A DNA stretch of 64,000 bases, taken from NCBI GenBank assembly GCA_038212275.1, contig JBBQUR010000013.1, positions 32,001-96,000 of the forward strand. Reading direction: 5' to 3'. The stretch is from Planctomycetota bacterium. GTDB taxonomy: Bacteria > Planctomycetota > B15-G4. The notes under the pieces are model-generated. The model was not told the origin of the DNA. It saw nothing but the letters and a program-made list of their open reading frames with translations, and searched no databases. The first letter of the stretch is position 1. Every line of letters starts with the position of its first letter. The translations under genes and the position numbers were made by a program. Of the stretch, positions 54,162-62,613 are shown piece by piece.

Positions 54162-55353
54162 GGGCGGTCTCCCGCGCCAGGCTCTCGAGGCGTGCCAGCA
54201 CGTCGTCCCAGTCGTGCGCCGTGGCGACCCACGACTGGCCGGCGGCGCCGAGCGCATCGGCGGCGCGGGCGTCGGTCAGCAGGCGGATCGCGGCGCCGGC
54301 CATCGCCTCGGCGCCGTCGGCCACGAGGTAGTCGCGACCGGGCGAGCCGGTCAGCGCCCGGGCGCAGAAGCTCGAGACGACGGTGGCGCGTCCGGCGGCC
54401 AGCGCCTCGATGATCTTGTTGGGCAGGCCGCGACCGGTCGCCAGCGGCGAGAGGAACACCGCGCAGCGCGACAGCCCCTCGGCCACCGAATCCAGCGCGC
54501 CGGTGACCTCCACCGCGCCGCCCGAGTCCGTGGCGAGAGCCTTCACTGCGGCCGTCGGCGCGCGGCCCAGCAGCAGCAGTCTCGCCCCGGGCACCGCAGC
54601 GCGCACGAGAGGCAGCACCTTCTGCGCCAGGAACACCGCGGCCTCCACGTTGGGCGGATAGTCCATCTGTCCGAGGAAGCCGAGCGTCGGACCCGAGCGG
54701 GATGGCACGGGCAGGCCGGCCAGTTGCTGCCACGGCACGCCGTTGGTGAGCAGTTCGAGGCGCGCCGGGCGACCGCCGCGCGCCAGCAGATCGTCGCGTT
54801 CGCCGGGCGTGATCACGAGCGTGAGATCCGCGGACTCCGCAAGCTGCCGTTCGACCGGCAGCAGGCGTCGGGCCTCGATGCGGTAGATCCAGCCGCGCGG
54901 TCCGGGTGTGCTCGCGCCGAGCGCCTCCCACTTGAGCGCGTCGAGGTCGCAGAGATCCATGATGCGCCGCCGCGCGCGGCAGCGCCGCCACCACGCGGCG
55001 GTGCCGGAAGAGAACGCCCAGAGCAGGCCGTATTCGTGGCGCGCGCAGAGAGCGTCGATCGTCCTCTCCACGCGCGCGTCGCGGTGCCAGCCGAGCGTGA
55101 GGCTGCCTCCCGAGAGCAACGCGATGCCGGCGGAGACCAGCGCGGCCGGGCGCCTCCGGACGAAGACATGCACCTCGCGGCACACGGAGCGCAGGCCGGG
55201 AAGCGCCGCCGCGGCGTCCGCCTCGCTGTCGGCCTGCGCGACGAGGTCCACGGGCCCGAGCGTGGCAAGGCGCTGCAGATGCCGCCAGGCGCGCAGCCGA
55301 TCCCCCTTGTCGGGAGGATAGGGCGCCCTGTGCGCGAGGAAGAGCACATCCAA
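54154..55353 (-). CDS. GT4 sugar transferase of the PEP-CTERM/XrtA-associated type
   Basis: LAHRAPYPPDKGDRLR, DLCDLDALKW, GQMDYPPN, NKIIEALA; TTG start after GGAGG. Confidence 0.88.
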   Translation of the reverse strand: MDVLFLAHRAPYPPDKGDRLRAWRHLQRLATLGPVDLVAQADSEADAAAALPGLRSVCREVHVFVRRRPAALVSAGIALLSGGSLTLGWHRDARVERTIDALCARHEYGLLWAFSSGTAAWWRRCRARRRIMDLCDLDALKWEALGASTPGPRGWIYRIEARRLLPVERQLAESADLTLVITPGERDDLLARGGRPARLELLTNGVPWQQLAGLPVPSRSGPTLGFLGQMDYPPNVEAAVFLAQKVLPLVRAAVPGARLLLLGRAPTAAVKALATDSGGAVEVTGALDSVAEGLSRCAVFLSPLATGRGLPNKIIEALAAGRATVVSSFCARALTGSPGRDYLVADGAEAMAGAAIRLLTDARAADALGAAGQSWVATAHDWDDVLARLESLARETAHA

Positions 55354-55375
55354 CGCGGCCTCCCCGGCGACACCC

Positions 55376-57055
55376 TCAGGTGAGCGCCATCCGCACTTCA
55401 CGCAGGGTGCGGCGCAGCGCGGTGGGCAGCACGTCCGGAAACTCGGAATAGATGTACAGGCCGGTCGCCAGCGACAGCAGCACGAGCAGCATCGTGGCCC
55501 AGGTGAGTGCCTGCTGCACGCGGCGCGCCCGGACGTCTCGTGCGGTGAGAATGAGGTCCACCGCGCCGAGCACGGGAACGCCCAGTGAACGGCTCACGTC
55601 CTTCACCGTGCCGAAGGAACTGCGCGTGACCTCCGCGAGCACGGGGCCGAGCGCCCCCACGCCGAGTCCCGCGAGGAGCGCCACCGCCATGATGATGGCC
55701 GAGATGGGCAGCACGGGGTGCACCGGTTCCACGCCGAACTCCAGGATCTCGAAGGGCCCGGTCGAGACGAGCTCGAAGGCCGAGCTGTCCGCGCCGAAGT
55801 TGGTCGCGCGATACTGCAGCACCTTTTCGCGCAGCGGCTGGATCGCCACCTGCGTGGCGGAGAGCAGCTCTTCCGCGATATCGATGTCGGTGTCGAGCTT
55901 GGCGAGTTCCTGGGTGACTTCGGGCAGCCGATCGAGATTGGCCTGTGCCTCGTCGTATTCCTTCTGGATGGTGCCGAGCACGCCGCGCTTCTCGCGCTCC
56001 TTGGCCTGCGCCGTTTCGAGCAGCCCCTGGGCCGTGTACCAGTCCGGGTTGGTCTGCATCTGCATGCGCTCTGCGCCGACGACGCCACCGGCCTTCTCCA
56101 CAGCCGCCACCGCGGCGTCGTAGTCCTTCTGCGCGCGGATACGCTTCCAGTGCAGGGCCGTGTAGCCGTTGACCGGGTCCTTGGCCGCCTCGAGCGCCTC
56201 CTCCGCCTCGAGCAGCTTCGCGATCGCCTTGGCCTGCTCCTCGTTGTCGGGCGCGACCGGCGCGGGCGCTTCCTTGGGGATGAGCTTGAGCTGGCCGTTC
56301 AGCACCGCGATCTCGCTCTGCACCGACTCGAGCTCGGCCTCGGCCTTCTGGCGCTCGAGCACCATCGCGCCCTTGATCTCGTTGTTGACGTCGGGCGTGT
56401 TCAGCGCGGGGACGTGGTTCTCGCGCTCGTAGGTGCGCTTGGCGCCGAGGGCCGCCTCATACGCGGCCCGGCGCTCGTTGAGCACGGACTCCATGCGGTC
56501 CGCGGCGTCCTCGAGCGACTTCTTGTAGCCCTCGAGCGTCAGCTGGATCCACGCGTCGCGCAGGCGGTTCACGAAGTCCGCCGCCTTGCGCGGCGAGGTC
56601 CAGCGGAATTTCACCGTGATGTTCTGCGTGCCGACCGGGTCGGGAATCAGCTCGACGTTCAGATTCTTGCCGAGTTTCTCGGCGAGATCGCGGCGGTCCG
56701 CCTCCTTGCCCGCAGTGTCGAGCCACTCCACCCACTGGAGCTCGTTCATCACCTTGTCGATGCGCTTGCGCGAGCGCAGCTCGTTCTCGAGCGCCTTGAC
56801 CTTCTTGGGCAGCGGGATGTCCGCCAGGTTGTCCAGCAGCACGGCATCGGACACGACCTGCCAGTCGCGCAGCGAAAACGTCGTGGACGACTCGTACTTG
56901 TTCGGCCAGAGCATGGTCAGGAACAGGCCGAGCAGCAGGAAGACGGCAGTCGTGAACGCGACGCGCACCGCGTTGCGGCGGATCGCGCGGAGGACCTCCG
57001 CCAGCGCCTCGCGCGGGTCGATCTGCTGCACTTGCTTGTCGGCCGCGTCTGCCAT
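55376..57055 (-). CDS. Polysaccharide chain-length determinant (Wzc/GumC-like) without kinase domain
   Basis: TM, PNKYES, long coiled coil, TM, LGVPVLG, TM; no Walker A motif. Confidence 0.85.
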   Translation of the reverse strand: MADAADKQVQQIDPREALAEVLRAIRRNAVRVAFTTAVFLLLGLFLTMLWPNKYESSTTFSLRDWQVVSDAVLLDNLADIPLPKKVKALENELRSRKRIDKVMNELQWVEWLDTAGKEADRRDLAEKLGKNLNVELIPDPVGTQNITVKFRWTSPRKAADFVNRLRDAWIQLTLEGYKKSLEDAADRMESVLNERRAAYEAALGAKRTYERENHVPALNTPDVNNEIKGAMVLERQKAEAELESVQSEIAVLNGQLKLIPKEAPAPVAPDNEEQAKAIAKLLEAEEALEAAKDPVNGYTALHWKRIRAQKDYDAAVAAVEKAGGVVGAERMQMQTNPDWYTAQGLLETAQAKEREKRGVLGTIQKEYDEAQANLDRLPEVTQELAKLDTDIDIAEELLSATQVAIQPLREKVLQYRATNFGADSSAFELVSTGPFEILEFGVEPVHPVLPISAIIMAVALLAGLGVGALGPVLAEVTRSSFGTVKDVSRSLGVPVLGAVDLILTARDVRARRVQQALTWATMLLVLLSLATGLYIYSEFPDVLPTALRRTLREVRMALT

Positions 57056-57058
57056 GCG

Positions 57059-57859
57059 TCAGTTGAAGTTGGGGTTGTTGTTGTTGTTGTAGCTGTAGTT
57101 GTAGTTGTTGTTGCTCTGCCCGAAGCTGTCCTGATACGAGACGATGGTGTTCGCGCTCTGGAACAGGGAAGCGATCGGCTTCAACGGCGCGGCCAGCGCG
57201 GCCACGAAGGCGGTGATGTATCCGATGACCGACGGCGTGAGGTACACGATGTCGTTCTCGCGGATCTGGATGTTGTCGCGCGTGAGGCCTTCCGAGATCA
57301 CGGCCTCGTAGTCGCAGCGGATGACCAGCGGATACTCCGGGTCTCCCCGGATGACCCGGATGTCGGTGCAGTCCACGAGCACCGGGTCGAGGTTGGCGGT
57401 GATGAGCACGTCCGTCAGCAGCTGGTCACCCTTGAAGGCGTACGACGACGGCTTGCGCGGCGGCAGGCCCGACACGTAGTAGCGCTTGCTGTCGAAGGTC
57501 GTCACGTTGACCACCATGCTGCTCGTGTCGTTCACGTACTCGGCGTAGCGCAGGCGCACCGCCTGCGTGGCCTCGTCGGGCGACAGGCCGTTGAGATAGA
57601 CCTCGCCGACCTCGGGCAGCGTGACCACGCCGTCCATGCGCACCTTCTCGCTGATGTTGTTGTATTCGGGATGTCCGGGGTCGCGCAGCGTGATCGAGTC
57701 CTGGATCCCGATGTAGTACTGCCTGTTGGCGTCTTCGGTCGGGCGGCCGAAGCCGCGCTGATTGAGCACCTGCAGCACGCGCGCGTCATCGGATGTCTGG
57801 CAGCTTGAACACGCCAGCAGCAGCACGGCGAGCAGCAGCCGGGTTGGCCTGCCGGTCAT
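57059..57859 (-). CDS. Polysaccharide export lipoprotein (Wza-like)
   Basis: Lipobox-like LLLACSSC; YIGIQDSI, VRMDGVVTLPEVGEV, DIVY; Asn-rich tail. Confidence 0.85.
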   Translation of the reverse strand: MTGRPTRLLLAVLLLACSSCQTSDDARVLQVLNQRGFGRPTEDANRQYYIGIQDSITLRDPGHPEYNNISEKVRMDGVVTLPEVGEVYLNGLSPDEATQAVRLRYAEYVNDTSSMVVNVTTFDSKRYYVSGLPPRKPSSYAFKGDQLLTDVLITANLDPVLVDCTDIRVIRGDPEYPLVIRCDYEAVISEGLTRDNIQIRENDIVYLTPSVIGYITAFVAALAAPLKPIASLFQSANTIVSYQDSFGQSNNNYNYSYNNNNNPNFN

Positions 57860-57989
57860 GTCTCTCTCCACCGACCCTTGGACTCGCCGAACCGTGCCTC
57901 CGGCGCTCCCGTCCGCGCCAGGCGGCCGGGAAGGAGTCGGAGTCGATCCGCGGCCGATGATATCGACGGCAAGTGCCAAACGGATGGAG

Positions 57990-59009
57990 CTAAACGCCCA
58001 TCCGGGCCCCGTATTGCGTGGCGTAGTAGTCCCGGTAGGCGCCGGAACGCACGCGCTCCCACCAGTCGCGGCGGGTCCGGTACCAGGCAATCGTGTCCGG
58101 GAGCGCCTCCTCGAAGCGCCGGGCGGGCTCCCAGCCGAGGTCCGCGCGGATGGCGCCGGCGTCCATGGCATAGCGGCGATCGTGCCCGGGCCGGTCCTTC
58201 ACGGACCGGATCAGGCTCTCGGGCTTGCCGAGTTCCTTCAGGATGAGCCGCACGACCTCGATGTTCGTGCGTTCGCTGTTGCCGCCGATGTTGTAGACCG
58301 AGCCGGGCGCCGCCTTCTCGAAGCAGGTCCAGATGGCCGAGCAGTGGTCCTCCACGTGCAGCCAGTCGCGCACCTGCAGGCCGTCGCCGTAGACCGGCAG
58401 GGGCTTGTCCTCCAGCGCGTTGGCGATCATCAACGGAATGAGCTTCTCGGGGAACTGGAGCGGCCCATAGTTGTTCGAGCAGCGCGTGATGACCGCCTCC
58501 AGGCCGTGCGTGTGCACCGCGGCCCGCACGAGCAGGTCGGCCGCGGCCTTGCTGGCGGCGTAGGGGCTGTTGGGCGCCAGGGGCGTGTCCTCGCGAAAGG
58601 CGCCGGTGGGCCCGAGCGTGCCGTAGACCTCGTCGGTGGAGACCTGCAGGTAGCGCCGCACGCCGTGGGCACGCGAGAGGTCGAGCAGCACCTGCGTGCC
58701 GAGGATGTTGTTCCGGACGAAGGGCGTCGCGTCGAGGATGCTGCGATCGACGTGGCTCTCGGCGGCGAAATGGATCACGCCGTCCGGCTTGTGCTGCGCG
58801 AAGACCGCCTCCATCGCGTCCCGGTCGGCGACGTCCGCACGCACGAACACGTGGCCCTTGTCGCCCTCGATGGGCCGCAGGTTCTCGAGATTGCCCGCGT
58901 AGGTGAGCAAGTCCACGTTCACCAGCCGCACGTCGGGCCGCGTGCGACGGAGCTGCAGCACGAAATTGCTGCCGATGAAGCCGGCGCCGCCGGTGACCAG
59001 GATGTTCAT
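57990..59009 (-). CDS. rfbB: dTDP-glucose 4,6-dehydratase
   Basis: TGGAGFIG, HFAAESHVDRSI, STDEVYG, YAASK, EKLIP, DRPGHDRRY. Confidence 0.96.
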   Translation of the reverse strand: MNILVTGGAGFIGSNFVLQLRRTRPDVRLVNVDLLTYAGNLENLRPIEGDKGHVFVRADVADRDAMEAVFAQHKPDGVIHFAAESHVDRSILDATPFVRNNILGTQVLLDLSRAHGVRRYLQVSTDEVYGTLGPTGAFREDTPLAPNSPYAASKAAADLLVRAAVHTHGLEAVITRCSNNYGPLQFPEKLIPLMIANALEDKPLPVYGDGLQVRDWLHVEDHCSAIWTCFEKAAPGSVYNIGGNSERTNIEVVRLILKELGKPESLIRSVKDRPGHDRRYAMDAGAIRADLGWEPARRFEEALPDTIAWYRTRRDWWERVRSGAYRDYYATQYGARMGV

Positions 59010-59037
59010 GGAGGACTCCTTGCGGGGGCGCGACGGC

Positions 59038-59913
59038 TCAAGCCGGGGGGCGGGCCTGGGGGCCGGCGACGTGGCGGGCAAGATAGCGGGCCAGGCCCTC
59101 CTGCCACGACGGGAGGCCCGTGCCCAGCGCATCGCGCAGCCGGGTGTTGCTGAGCACGGAGCGGGCCGGCCTCGGCGCCGGCCGTGCGAGCTGGGCCGTG
59201 CTCTGACGCTTCAGTCGGACTGAGGAGCCCGACTGGCGGAAGATCTCCGCGGCAAAGTCGTGCCACGAGCAACTCCCCGCGTTGCTCGCGTGGTAGGTGC
59301 CGTGCTGCGGCGCGAGCCCGAGCATCAGCCAGAGCACCGGCGCCAGGTCATGCGTGCACGTCGGGCTGCCGACCTGGTCGTCCACCACGGCGAGTTCGGA
59401 TTTCTCCGACGCCAGCTTGAGCATCGTGTCCACGAAGTTCCTGCCGTGGCTGCCGTAGAGCCACTGCGTGCGCACGATCCAGTGGCGCGGGCAGCGCTCG
59501 CGCACCAGCTGTTCGCCCACGAGCTTGCTGCGGCCGTACGCGGACAGAGGGCCGGTGGCGTCCTCTTCGGAGTATTCTCCCGGCGCGGGAATCGTTCCGT
59601 CGAAGACGTAGTCCGTGGAGACGTGCAGCAGCGGGATGCCGGCCGTGCTGCAGGCGTCCGCCACCAGGCCCGCGCCGGTGCCGTTCACGGCGGTGGCCGC
59701 GGACTCCTGCGTCTCGCAGAGATCCACGTTGGTGAAGGCCGCGCCGTTGATCACGGCATCGGGCTTCGCTTCGCGGAAGGCGCGCGCGACGGACTCGCCA
59801 TCGCTGATGTCGATGCCGGGAAGGTCCGCGTCGAGCATCGTGACGCCGGACGGACAACTCTCGCGCAGCGCAAAGCCGAGCATTCCCGCGCTTCCCGTCA
59901 CCAGCACGCGCAT
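59038..59913 (-). CDS. rfbD: dTDP-4-dehydrorhamnose reductase
   Basis: TGSAGMLG, STDYVFDG, YGRSKL, DQVGSPT, APRP. Confidence 0.94.
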   Translation of the reverse strand: MRVLVTGSAGMLGFALRESCPSGVTMLDADLPGIDISDGESVARAFREAKPDAVINGAAFTNVDLCETQESAATAVNGTGAGLVADACSTAGIPLLHVSTDYVFDGTIPAPGEYSEEDATGPLSAYGRSKLVGEQLVRERCPRHWIVRTQWLYGSHGRNFVDTMLKLASEKSELAVVDDQVGSPTCTHDLAPVLWLMLGLAPQHGTYHASNAGSCSWHDFAAEIFRQSGSSVRLKRQSTAQLARPAPRPARSVLSNTRLRDALGTGLPSWQEGLARYLARHVAGPQARPPA

Positions 59914-59914
59914 G

Positions 59915-60643
59915 TCAACCGGCCTTGTTCGCGCCGCCCTCGGCCACCAGATGGCTTGCGCGCAGCAGGCTCTCGAAGGTGCCGGCGTCCGTCCACCAGC
60001 CGTCGAGCACGCCGTAGCTCATCGAGCCGGCGGCGATGTAGGCGTTGTTGACGTCGGTGATCTCCAGCTCGCCGCGCCCGCTGGGCTTCAGCGTGTGGAT
60101 GATCCGGAAGACGTCGTTGTCATACATGTAGATGCCGATGACCGCGAGGTTGCTCGGCGGGTCCTTCGGCTTCTCGATGATCTTCGAGATGCGCTGGCCG
60201 TCCAGCACGGCGACACCGAAGCGCTGCGGATCCTCGACTTCCTTGAGCAGGATGCACGCGCCGGAGTTGGTCTTGCCGTAGTTCACCGCCGTCGACCGGA
60301 TGTTGCGCTCGATGATGTTGTCGCCGAGCACGACGCAGATCGAGTCGCCGGCCGCGAACTTCTCGGCCAACCGCAGTGCGTCGGCGATGCCGCCCTCGCC
60401 GCGCTGGTAGGCGTAACTCAGCGAGACGCCGAGCTCGTCGCCGTTCTCGAGCAGGCGCAGGAAGTCGCCCGCGCTGTTGCCGCCGGTCACGATGAGGATG
60501 TCCGTGATCCCCGCGTTCTTCAGCGTCTCGATCGGGTAGTAGATCATCGGCTTGTCGAACACCGGCAGCAGGTGCTTGTTCGTGATCTTGGTGAGCGGCC
60601 GCAGGCGCGTGCCCAGACCGCCGGCGAGGATGACGCCCTTCAT
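59915..60643 (-). CDS. Glucose-1-phosphate thymidylyltransferase, short RmlA/SpsI type
   Basis: ILAGGLGTRLRPLT, KHLLPV, LGDN, EKP, RGELEITD, WTDAGT. Confidence 0.92.
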   Translation of the reverse strand: MKGVILAGGLGTRLRPLTKITNKHLLPVFDKPMIYYPIETLKNAGITDILIVTGGNSAGDFLRLLENGDELGVSLSYAYQRGEGGIADALRLAEKFAAGDSICVVLGDNIIERNIRSTAVNYGKTNSGACILLKEVEDPQRFGVAVLDGQRISKIIEKPKDPPSNLAVIGIYMYDNDVFRIIHTLKPSGRGELEITDVNNAYIAAGSMSYGVLDGWWTDAGTFESLLRASHLVAEGGANKAG

Positions 60644-60694
60644 CGCGGTGATGCCCCGAACGGGAGAGAGGTTGACTGGCGGCGCGAACTTCCG

Positions 60695-61639
60695 TCAGTT
60701 GCGCGCGGAAAGCGCGGCACGATACCACGCCACCGTCGAGGCGAGCCCGTCGGCGAGGCCGACGCGCGCCGTGAATCCGAGAAGGTCCCGGGCGCGGGCC
60801 GTGGCGGCCAGCGAATGCAGGATGTCGCCCGCGCGCTCGGGGCCGTGCCGCGCCGGCAGGTCGGGCTGGCCTGCCGCCCGGGCCACGGCCGCCCAGAGGC
60901 TCAGCAGGTCCGTGGCCTGTCCGCGGCCGACGTTGGCGACGGCGCCGGCCCCCGTCGCGACGTCGAGGGCCGCGAGGTTTGCGCCAGCCACGTCCTTCAC
61001 ATACGTGAAATCGCGGCTCTGCAGGCCCGTGCCGTGGATCAAGGGAGCCTCGCCGGCCAGTGCACGCAGGATGAAGATCGAGATGACGCCGGAGTACGGC
61101 GACGAAGGATCCTGTCGCGGACCGTAGACGTTGAAGTAGCGCAGGCAGACGGTGTCCACGGCATAGAGCGCCGGCGCCATGCGGAACAGGTGCTCGGCCG
61201 CGAGCTTGTTCATGCCGTAGGGCGAGAGCGGCGATTCGCGCGCACCCTCGTCCGCGGGCCCCTCGACCGTGCCTCCGTACACCGCGGAGCTGCTGCTGTA
61301 GACGAGGCGCTTCACCTTCGCGTCGCGGCACGCGAGCAGCAGTCGCGTGCTGGACTCGAGATTGCAGCGATTGCTCGCGACGGGATCCTCCACCGAGCGC
61401 ACCACGGAGGGCTGCGCCGCACAGTGCACGACGGCCTCGCAACCCTCGACGGCGCGTGCGGCGACACCCGGGGCCGCAAGGTCGCCCTCGACGAGGCGCG
61501 CACCCGCCGGAATGTTCTCGCGCTTGCCGCTGCTGAAGTCGTCGACGACGACGACCCTGTCGCCGCGCGACAGCAGCGCATCCGCCACGTGACTGCCGAT
61601 GAAGCCCGCCCCGCCGGTCACGAGCACCTGGCGGCTCAC
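60695..61639 (-). CDS. NAD-dependent nucleotide-sugar epimerase (UDP-glucose/GlcNAc 4-epimerase-like)
   Basis: TGGAGFIG, SSSSAVYG, YGMNK, RYFNVYGPRQ, RDFTYV. Confidence 0.9.
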   Translation of the reverse strand: MSRQVLVTGGAGFIGSHVADALLSRGDRVVVVDDFSSGKRENIPAGARLVEGDLAAPGVAARAVEGCEAVVHCAAQPSVVRSVEDPVASNRCNLESSTRLLLACRDAKVKRLVYSSSSAVYGGTVEGPADEGARESPLSPYGMNKLAAEHLFRMAPALYAVDTVCLRYFNVYGPRQDPSSPYSGVISIFILRALAGEAPLIHGTGLQSRDFTYVKDVAGANLAALDVATGAGAVANVGRGQATDLLSLWAAVARAAGQPDLPARHGPERAGDILHSLAATARARDLLGFTARVGLADGLASTVAWYRAALSARN

Positions 61640-62613
61640 GACGAGCGGCTCCCCGGGCCCGACGGCCCCCGATACCACGCGACGAACTTCGCGAGGCCTG
61701 CCTCGACGTTCGTGCGCGGGTCGTAGCCCAGCTCGGTGCGCGCGCGTCGGATGTCCGCGTACGTCGCCACCACGTCGCCTGGCTGCATCGGCTGCCAGTC
61801 CACGAGCGGTTCACGGCCGGTGGCGCGCCCGATGGCCGACACGAGGTCGCGCAGGCTGATCGTCTGCGACTCGCCGAGGTTGTAGATGCGGAAGCCGAGG
61901 CTCCGGTCGTGCGCCTTGAGCACGCCGTCGAGGATGTCGTCGATGTACGTGTAGTCGCGCTGGCTCGCGCCGTCGCCGAAGAGCGGCAGCGGCTGGCCCG
62001 ACTCGACGTGGCGCACGAATTTGTGGATGGCCATCTCCGGGCGCTGGCGCGGTCCGTACACCGTGAAGAAGCGCAGTGCCGCGATGTCCATGCCGTAGAG
62101 GTGATGGAAGGTCGCGCAGGTCAGCTCGTTGGAGCGCTTCGTCGCCGCATAGGGCGAGACGGGCTGGCTCACGTCGTCGTCCTCGTGGAACGGCACCTTC
62201 GTGTTGCCGCCGTAGACGGACGACGAGCTGCCGAAGACGAAGCGCGACACGCCCGCGTCGCGAGCGGCCGTGAGCATCACCGCGGTGCCGGTGCAGTTCA
62301 CGTCGTGGTAGAGCACCGGATCCGTGAGCGACGGGCGCACGCCGGCCATCGCCGCCAGGTGCACGACGGAGGTCGGCTTGTGCTCGCGGAACAGCCGCGT
62401 CACGAGGTCGCGGTCGCGGATGTCGCCCTCCACGAGCCGGAAGCCATCGGTCTTCAGCGGGATCGCCAGGTTGGCGCGCTTGATGGACGGGTCGTAGAAG
62501 GTGTTGAAGTTGTCGAGACCGACGACCGCGTCGCCGCGCTGGAGCAGTCGCTCGCAGAGCTGGCTCCCGATGAAGCCCGCGGCGCCGGTGACCAGTACGG
62601 TGCTGCTCATCAT
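61636..62613 (-). CDS. NAD-dependent epimerase (UDP-glucuronate 4-epimerase-like)
   Basis: TGAAGFIG, HLAAMAGVR, SSSSVYG, YAATK, RFFTVYGPRQRPEMA. Confidence 0.9.
   Translation of the reverse strand: MMSSTVLVTGAAGFIGSQLCERLLQRGDAVVGLDNFNTFYDPSIKRANLAIPLKTDGFRLVEGDIRDRDLVTRLFREHKPTSVVHLAAMAGVRPSLTDPVLYHDVNCTGTAVMLTAARDAGVSRFVFGSSSSVYGGNTKVPFHEDDDVSQPVSPYAATKRSNELTCATFHHLYGMDIAALRFFTVYGPRQRPEMAIHKFVRHVESGQPLPLFGDGASQRDYTYIDDILDGVLKAHDRSLGFRIYNLGESQTISLRDLVSAIGRATGREPLVDWQPMQPGDVVATYADIRRARTELGYDPRTNVEAGLAKFVAWYRGPSGPGSRSS

Noticed and set aside
57963..57979. Sigma54 promoter upstream of wza (TTGGCAC on the minus strand)
   Set aside because: The -12 position reads GTCG rather than TTGC at the required spacing.
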